Of a DNA stretch of 64,000 nt, positions 56,080 to 64,000 are shown one piece after another (position 1 is the first letter of the stretch; the number at the start of each line of letters is the position of its first letter). Under the pieces are notes generated by a model. It saw only the letters and a program-made list of their open reading frames with translations. It was not told the DNA's origin and made no database searches. Source of the stretch: Octopus vulgaris (lineage: Eukaryota). A program made the translations under genes and the position numbers. The stretch is taken from positions 78,120,001-78,184,000 of the forward strand of contig OX597820.1 of the NCBI GenBank assembly GCA_951406725.2, read 5' to 3'.

Positions 56080-57506
56080 TATTTTCTCTTTATCACAGGA
56101 TTTGTTGGACCTCTGTGAGACTTGCACTCGTAGTGGGCTTACTACCTGCAGCCTATGGTACCCTGCTATTCGTTCTTTTCAGCTATGTAATGCTTTCTTC
56201 ATTATTCTGGCAGTGCCAAGGAGGCAAAACTTTTGAAACAGTTCTACTATGCACTATGTTCTAATTTCCTTTATATTCCTCTTGAGGACTTCTGATACTG
56301 TTCCCGAGGACTCAACAATAGTTGGCACAATCTTCACCTACATTGTCCATTGCCGGGCTATTTCATAGTTAAGAGGCTTGTATCTATCTTTTCATCTTCC
56401 TTCTTTACTATTCCTGGGTCAGAGGGGCATGCAACGTCAACTATATAACACATGTAATGCACCTTGTCCATCACCAGTAGGTCCGGTCTGTTATACTCTA
56501 GCACCTGATCTGTTTGGATTAAGGAATTTCAAAGCATTTTACGAGTCTCTGACTCTTCCACTCTTTGCGGTTTGTGCTCATGCCATGTCTTGCCACTCTC
56601 TAGCCCCCACTTTTCGCAAAGTTTCCTGGTCGTGTCGCCACAATTTGGGGCTATTCTAGGACATTCTTTCGTGAAATGGGCAATAGTTTCATCCACTCTG
56701 TTGCGAAAGTATTTCGGCACAGCGGAGACACTTGCTCTTTCCTAAGGCTGACCCTCCAATTCGTGTCCCAAGTTTGGTCCTACGCTGCCAGTATAGTGCT
56801 CTCAGTCTCTCTTTTTAGCGTTCCTTTCATCAGCTAATCCCACCTGTTTTTTTCCAGCAACTTCTGTCGTGGTTATATGGAATTGATTGTGTAGTTCCTT
56901 CCTACATAATTCTTCTTCATGTCCTTTTTGTAATTCTTGCTTTGCTTTTCGTTTTTCTCTGCTCTCAATACTCCCTCGTTCCTAACTGACACTAGCAAGG
57001 TTTCTTTCCTTTGGGCTAGGTATCTCATTAAGCTCTCGTGTTCGATACGCGCGCAGTCTTCCATACTTATCAGTCCCCTTCCTCCATTTCCTCTCCTCCT
57101 GTATAGGCGATCAGTGTCTACACGTGGATGATGGGCTCCGTGTATCGTTATAAGCTTTCTTGACTTCCTCTCCATCTCTTTTATCTCCTCCTCTGTCCAG
57201 CGCCAAACCGAACAACTGCAACTGCGCGGTAGTTTATTGCCTAAGTAGTTTCTGGCATTCAGCTTTGAAGCCAATATTTCTCTCTCTCGCTGCAAGTACT
57301 CTATTTATGTCTTTTCCTTTATGTCATGATGTTTGATTCTGTCTGCCTCAAGTATTCCCAGGTATTGATTGCTGGATTGAGGTTGAATTGCTTTCATCAT
57401 TTCACCATTTAGCAACCATATGCCTTCTGTCCTGGCAAACCTTCATCGTCTCATCATCTCATCACCATCATAGCACATTTTGAGAGTCCAAACCCCAATA
57501 TAATAT
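56080..57506 (-). mobile_element. 5'-truncated R4/Dong-clade LINE between AAT-type repeats
   Basis: LGFGLSKCA, GAHHPRVDTDRLYRRRGNGGRGLISMED, VDETIAHFTKECP, QKFCLLGTARIMKKAL. Confidence 0.9.
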
Positions 57507-57794
57507 TACTATTATTATTATTATTATTATAATAATTATTATTATTATTATTATACACAGGAAAGAGTATAAGAGCATAAAGCGAGGAGTGAGAGAGAAA
57601 GGGGAGAGTGGTGTATATTAAGTCTATAAAATTGTGCATAAAGTACATAGAGTGTATATATAAAGTGCATTAAGTAATTACCGTATTCCAATTTCCTTCA
57701 CTTTTCAATATTTAGCAAAGGAGCTACACAGCATAGGCTACGCTTTGAGGTGTGTTTTTCTCGCCCCACCTTCATTCTTCTGTCCCTCTACCTC

Positions 57795-57855
<61 letters not shown>

Positions 57856-58357
57856 GTCCCACCTTCGGCCAACCCTGATCTTTCTTTCTTGGTTTGGCCG
57901 TTGTCCGTACAACATCGATATTTCTTCCTGTGCCTGTCAAATCTTGCATCCCTGCCGTAAGGCTTCATTTCCACACACGCCAACGTCCATACTCGAAAGA
58001 CACCAGTTGATATGTACTGTTGTTATTTTTATTGTTTTTGTGTAACATTATCTGTTTTTTCTGTCCTTGTTTTTGTATACATTCGCTGCTTTCTTTCAAG
58101 GAATCTAATGAACATAGCTTAGTTTTGCCTTGGGTTTGGCCAGATTGGACAATCTCGAGGATAATCGGCCGAAATTGCGAAGATAATCTGGTACTCGGCT
58201 GAGGAAAGAAAACTTCGAATGATCTGTCCTTGCTTTCTTTGTATCGTCTATCTGGATGTTTTGTCTCATTTATGTATCACCTAACTGTCCGGATGTTTTG
58301 CGTTCTTGTCCCATTTTGTATTATATAAATATATACATACATACATACATACATACA

Positions 58358-58388
<31 letters not shown>

Positions 58389-58674
58389 GTAAGGGCATGC
58401 TTCAATATTCCTAGTTTTGAATAAAATAAAATACAGGAGGATCTGTTCAGTATGATTTTATTCATATTTTCGCCTCTCAGATTCACACACTTATTGTAGC
58501 AGTCCTTAAGTTTTGCTATGTCCTGTAAAGAACACGCAAGGGTGGACCACCAGCCAGGCCTTTCCCGATACTCTTAATTTGTGGAACTTTTCAGTTTGTG
58601 CCTTCGCTTCAAATCTTTTCACTCTCTCATGTAGTTTTTAATTTTGTTTTCCATTTTCGTTTCAGAAACAAAAT

Positions 58675-58885
58675 AGGTTTCAAATTTTAGTACAGGGCCA
58701 GCAGATTGGGATGAGGCTTAAGTCGATTGCATCAACCCCAGTACTGAACTGTATTTATTTTATCATCCCCTAAAGGATAAAAGTCAAAGTAGGCACGGCA
58801 GAATGTGAAATCGGAATGGAAAAGCAGACGATATACTACTAAGCATTTTGCCCGCCATGCAAACGAATCAGTCAACTCGCTGCTT
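58675..58885 (-). mobile_element. Degenerate SINE family A, alternative tail
   Basis: agtcgattgcatcaaccccagtactgaactgtatttattttatcatcccctaaaggataaaagtcaaagt. Confidence 0.65.
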
Positions 58886-60076
58886 TTCTTACACAAACAA
58901 TATTACATTCGCATTCTTCTCGCCTTCAGTTAGCATTCCTTTTCTTTTAGCAAAAGTCCACTTAATAATTGATTTTTATTCAAATACTTTCCTATTCAAT
59001 GCTAATCACATCGGTAACCGCAGAAATTGATTAAAATAAAACAGAAATATCTAAAGAGAAGTGTTTGTTTATTGTACCACAAATCTACACGAAATCATAA
59101 GAAAGGCTTCAAACTCGCCGTTAAATCCAATTGAAAAAAGAAATTGAACAAACCATATTAGTTACAACTAAAATTTTTCTCAAAGTTAATACATTCCTTA
59201 GTTACCATTCCAAATGTTTATTTTTGGCAAACACAAAGGATTTCTCTTTATTCTATACCCAGTATCCAACAATGTACGAAGGGGTAGGGAAAAGAAGTCA
59301 TAGAAGCATAGAATAAAATTTATAATTGTTTGTTTCTAAACTTTGTTTTGCATTGGTTTCTCTGTATATTGGCCATGATCTTTTATTTTTATAAGCTAAA
59401 GCTAAAGAGTTTACAAAATGCAGATGCCAATACTTATAATACTCCAGACTTATCACGAAATAAATATCGATTTTCAACAATTTACAAAGCAAAACCAATT
59501 GTAAAACAACTTTGAGTGTGTTAAGAAGCATTGTAGAAACTATCGAACTCCTCCTCGCTATACTACCCCTACGTCTCTTTCTCCCTCTTTCACTCACTCT
59601 CTCCCTTTCTCTCCCCGTCTTTCTTTCATTCTTTCTCTCACTCTCTTTCTATTTTTCACTCTCATTCGTTCACTTTTCTCTTAGATTCAATAGTTCTACA
59701 TTCCAGTGGCTTCTGGTTTCTTGTACTCAGCTGTTTACTACAAGAATATATTCTGCAAAAGATTATATGTGAAGCAAGACACACGTAAAAACGAATAGCA
59801 AAAGCATTACATCAGTAAAGATAAGATTAATATATTCAGATAACACATTCCCCCTAGGAAACGACATAAAAAAGATCCTCTAATGGGAGAGTGTCTACGT
59901 TGTCACTCGAATTACAAGAAATAGCAGCTATCCTTCTCAGATTGCAACTCGTTAAACAGTAAACACAATGATTACTGTAGTCCCAGGTGTATTTTTCATC
60001 GTGACTGGAGAAAGGCGTGAAGTCCATGGTAGATACAGGTCTAACTTACGATATATTTTACCGGGAACCATGTATG

Positions 60077-60079
<3 letters not shown>

Positions 60080-60141
<62 letters not shown>

Positions 60142-60468
60142 GTATGTATGTATGTGTATATATATATATATATATACACAGATATTTACATATATACATA
60201 TATATATACATATATATATATATGCATATATATATATGTATATATATATATACAGATATATACATATATTCATATATATATATACATATATATATGTATA
60301 TATATATGTATATATATATACATATATATATATGCATATATATATGTATATATATTATATATATATATATATGTATATATGTAAATATATATATATATAT
60401 ATGTATATATGTAAATATATGTATATATATATATATCTATATATGTATATATATATATATATATATAT

Positions 60469-60560
<92 letters not shown>

Positions 60561-60578
60561 CTCGCATATATACATATA
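60080..60578. repeat. (AT)n-derived microsatellite, ~500 bp
   Basis: Direct inspection. Confidence 0.95.
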
Positions 60579-60579
60579 A

Positions 60580-61195
60580 GCATCGAAGCGGACCTACTGA
60601 AGCTCATGAACAAAAAATAATTTCGTAAGTCTTTTAACACTTTCCAACAGAAACTGAAAAAAGATATTAAATACATAAAGTGTTTTTTTTTTAAATACCA
60701 CTTTTTTCTGATAACACCAAGAACTTATACCATTTTGAAAACAGCACATATTCACGACTCCTACGCAACGTTATTAATGATTACACTAAAGCTAGGCCAC
60801 AAATTTATAACAAAATTGATAAAGAAGCTAGTATCATCGCTGCCAGATTTAAATTAGATAAAAAAAAAAAGTATAGGGTTCCTCCCACCAAAAAGGGGCT
60901 TTTATAACTATTAAAGACCATAAAAATAACTTCCTATCTAATCCTAAATCTAGGCTTATTAACCCAGCTAAATCACAAATTAGTATTATTAGTAAGTTAT
61001 TTTTAAGGGTAGCATTTTTGTTTGTCTTAATAACTGACGAGATGCCAGAGCAGATTTTCCGGACCGACATCCGAAACTCAGAGTTTTACTTTGGCAGCCG
61101 AATAATTGTCACATATCATATTACAGATAAATTCAACTATTTAAATAATATCGAGGTCTCATTCATTCTTTGTTGTCATGCTATTACTATTAATC
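60580..61195 (+). mobile_element. Penelope-like element fragment: RT N-terminal region joined to a hammerhead-bearing terminal repeat
   Basis: YNKIDKEASIIAARFKLD...AFITIKDHKNNFLSNPKSRLINPAKSQISIISK; 61025-61195 is homologous to 19085-19255. Confidence 0.75.
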
Positions 61196-61224
61196 TATAT
61201 ATATATATATATATACGCACAATT

Positions 61225-61273
<49 letters not shown>

Positions 61274-61721
61274 CACATACATACATACATACATACATAC
61301 ATACTTACATACCTACATACATACGTACGTACGTACGTACATACATGTGTGGGTGGGTGTATGCGTTTCTCTGTGTGCACAAGTATGTGAACGAGCGATC
61401 ATCACGGTTATTTGGTGTTGTAAAAACTGGATAACATGGTACATGATGAAACATTTCATTACCTAAAGTTTCGCCGACGAAGAACACGTACACAGCACCA
61501 AATCTACAGTGTCTGTGAAATTAACTTTAAAATATTTTTAACATGAGAAAATATTCAGGTCCTTGTTAATCAGTCACGTGGGAATGTTATCTACCTAAGG
61601 ACATACGCTTTTCATATGATCTTTCGCCGGTGTGATCTATGTGGTGGAGTAGATAGAATATTGGCGTCTGTAGGTTGTTGCTTCACACATGGTTTGGGAT
61701 TCAATCTCAATACGTACCACC

Positions 61722-62005
61722 TTATTGGGTACATCACATATTTCGACCCGTTCTGGGTCTCTTTAGGTACATAAATTAGGTTCAAGTATGAACGTGGAAA
61801 GTATACATTCTAGTTTAGAGAAATTGACGTAATCAACTATTTCGCTATTTTGAGTTTCAATAATTTTACTCTGATTTGACTCATTCTCGAATGTGATAGA
61901 CATATAGCGCTACGTAAGCCGGCTCAAGAAATCTCTTGTGAGACGTTTTCTTGATGTACCTGAAGAGATCTAGAAAGGGGTCGAAACATGTGTGGTAACC
62001 AATAA
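61722..62005. repeat. ~50-bp inverted repeats with a hammerhead-like core
   Basis: atgtac CTGAAGA gatc tagaaagg ggtc GAAA catgtgtggtaaccaataa (61954-62005) and its diverged reverse complement at 61722-61772. Confidence 0.65.
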
Positions 62006-62164
62006 AGTCTATTATATATTCCATCTCCTATTTTGTTAATGCTCTTACCCCAACCGCCACTAGATGACTTCCCTGCAATAAATCTAGGGATAACAACAGG
62101 TAATCGAAACTGTGCTGGCGTATTACTCATCATCCATTTATACATTTGTACAATTTCTCCATTC

Positions 62165-62800
62165 ACATGGTGCCAGGTTCAGTCCTACTGCGTGGCACCT
62201 TGGGTAAGTGTATTCTTCTATAATCTCGGGCCGACCAAAGCCTTGTGAGTGGATTTCGTAGACGGAAACTGAAAGAAGCCCGTCGTATATATGTATTCGT
62301 ATGTGTGTGTTTGTGTTTGTGTGTCTGTTTTTGTCCCCCCTCTCAACACCGTAACTCAGCGGTTCGGATGAAGAGACCGATAAAATAAGTACTAGGCTTT
62401 CAAACAATAAGTCCTAGGGTCGATTTTCACGGTTATTTGGTATTCTAAAAACTGGATAACTTGGTACATGATGAAACACCTCATTACATGGTTTGCAGTC
62501 AAATGACTGAAACAAGTAAAAAAAGAGAATATATATATAAATGTGTGTGTCTGTGTGTCCGCGCGCGCGTGTATGAGTGTGTGGTGTATGTCTGTGTTTG
62601 TATTTGCCTCCTCAACCGCTTGACAGCCGGTGCTGCTGTGTTTAAGTCATCGTAACGAAGCCGTTCGACAAAAGACACCCTTAGAATAAGTACCAGATTT
62701 TAAAAACTTACTGCTGGAATTGAATCATTCGACTGAGGAAATTCTTCAAGCCGATGCCCCAGCATGGCCGCAGTCTAATGACTGAGACATGTAAAATATA
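62165..62800 (+). mobile_element. SINE family B copy followed by a second 3' half
   Basis: cacatggtgccaggttcagtcctactgcgtggcaccttgggtaagtg...cagtcaaatgactgaaacaag, then ccgcttgacagccggtgctgctgtgttt...ccagcatggccgcagtctaatgactgagaca. Confidence 0.82.
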
Positions 62801-62829
62801 TGGAAGTGTAACCGGTTTCATGGTGTTGG

Positions 62830-63200
62830 GCTACATATCAGTTTGCATGACAAACATATCTCTCGAGTCATTGTGGGATGTAATGTCTTTGCGAGCAACA
62901 AGGATCATATGCCTTGTAATTTTGTGTGAGCCAGTAAGGCCAAGAGGGGTTTTCTCAGTTATAAATAACCAATTACTTGGAATTTCATTTACAGCGTATT
63001 TCCCTGGTGGCAACAATAGACAAATGGATTTTTCCATGAATGCATACTGTAGGCTGCCCTTTTATGCGCAGTTTCTCACAGAAGCAATGCTGATATTTAT
63101 GAGTTCTGCGACAGTATGAAGGGACTAGTCATCAATTAAGTTGGAAAGTCGTTTCACAGGGTTCTGGAATCACTAAATGAAGCCTGACAGGGAGATAAGC
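62830..63200 (-). mobile_element. Possible heavily decayed RTE APE-endonuclease fragment
   Basis: TVAELINISIASVRNCA*KGSLQYAF loosely follows the RTE pattern EL..YNIDIAAL.ETR...GSL...YTF. Confidence 0.3.
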
Positions 63201-64000
63201 TTTTCACTTTGCCTACAATTAAAGGAATGCAAACGTTAGAAGAGTATAATCTCGTCTCCCAACACAGAGCCTATATAATCAATTCCAATGCAATAACATA
63301 AATCACACATCACTTGTCCTAAGATATTACCACCAAATAAAAATATATCTCAAATCAAACATTCTCGAACTAAACACAACCCAGATAAAGAGCAACACAT
63401 GTTCCTGCATAATTCATGTCCGACTTGAAACATTAATAACTTTTCTGTACAATTATTAGACGATAATATGACCCCACACAAGACATATCGTATAATAACC
63501 ATCCGACTCTTGAACTCATAACACGGTTCACTCAGCGAACTTGAAACACGAATTTCATCTAACAAATAAGACAACTCACATCGTTCACTTCACAAGCAAA
63601 TAAACAAATGCAGGCGAGTGGTAAAAGAGGCGCAAATAATATGGTTTTGCAATTATGAAGCTAGCATTGCAAACACACAGCTATATAGTTTCAAGTTCAA
63701 TTCCACTGCACGCCACCTTGAACTCACCAATACCTTCTGAATGAATTTTGTCGACAATAAGTGCATGGAATCTCGATGTATAGAGGTGTGTGTGTGTGTA
63801 TTCCCTCAAGTTTTATCGGCAAAAGGGTTCGAAAATATAAGGACACAGATTGTATCGCACAGTCAGCTGGAAAAGATGTCCTCTGGGGCTAAATTACAGC
63901 AACATTCGTCCTAAACCAGAACTGCCATGTTATGTTGGCAAATAATCTTCACTACAAAATACTGTTGCTAAATATCTCTCGTTTGTGAGATTTAGAAATA

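Noticed and set aside
58190-58235. ctgagga-aag-aaaa-ctt-cgaa hammerhead-like string
   Set aside because: Stems I and III are not convincing; may be chance.

Overview
AT-rich, repeat-saturated eukaryotic (animal) DNA with no recognisable host protein-coding gene; most ORFs in the supplied track are microsatellite translation artefacts. The repeat landscape (very long (AT)n/(GT)n/(GATA)n/(AAT)n tracts, several tRNA-derived SINE families, R4/Dong, Tx1/L1 and RTE LINE relics, mariner elements, Penelope-like remnants) suggests a cephalopod (Octopus-like) intergenic or intronic region, which is an inference only. Highlights: (1) a young 903-bp non-coding element with two 314-bp direct repeats, each carrying a type I hammerhead-ribozyme fold (retrozyme or non-autonomous Penelope-like architecture), plus five other hammerhead-like motifs, including one in a tRNA-SINE tail; (2) a SINE whose 3' tail matches the 3' end of a Tx1/L1-clade LINE; (3) apparent partitioning of microsatellite targets among LINE clades (Dong: AAT/AAC; Tx1: GATA; RTE: TATG); (4) a twin-priming-like inverted RTE copy and a mariner derivative built from two 5' ends. 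All calls were made by eye, without database searches, and many boundaries are approximate.
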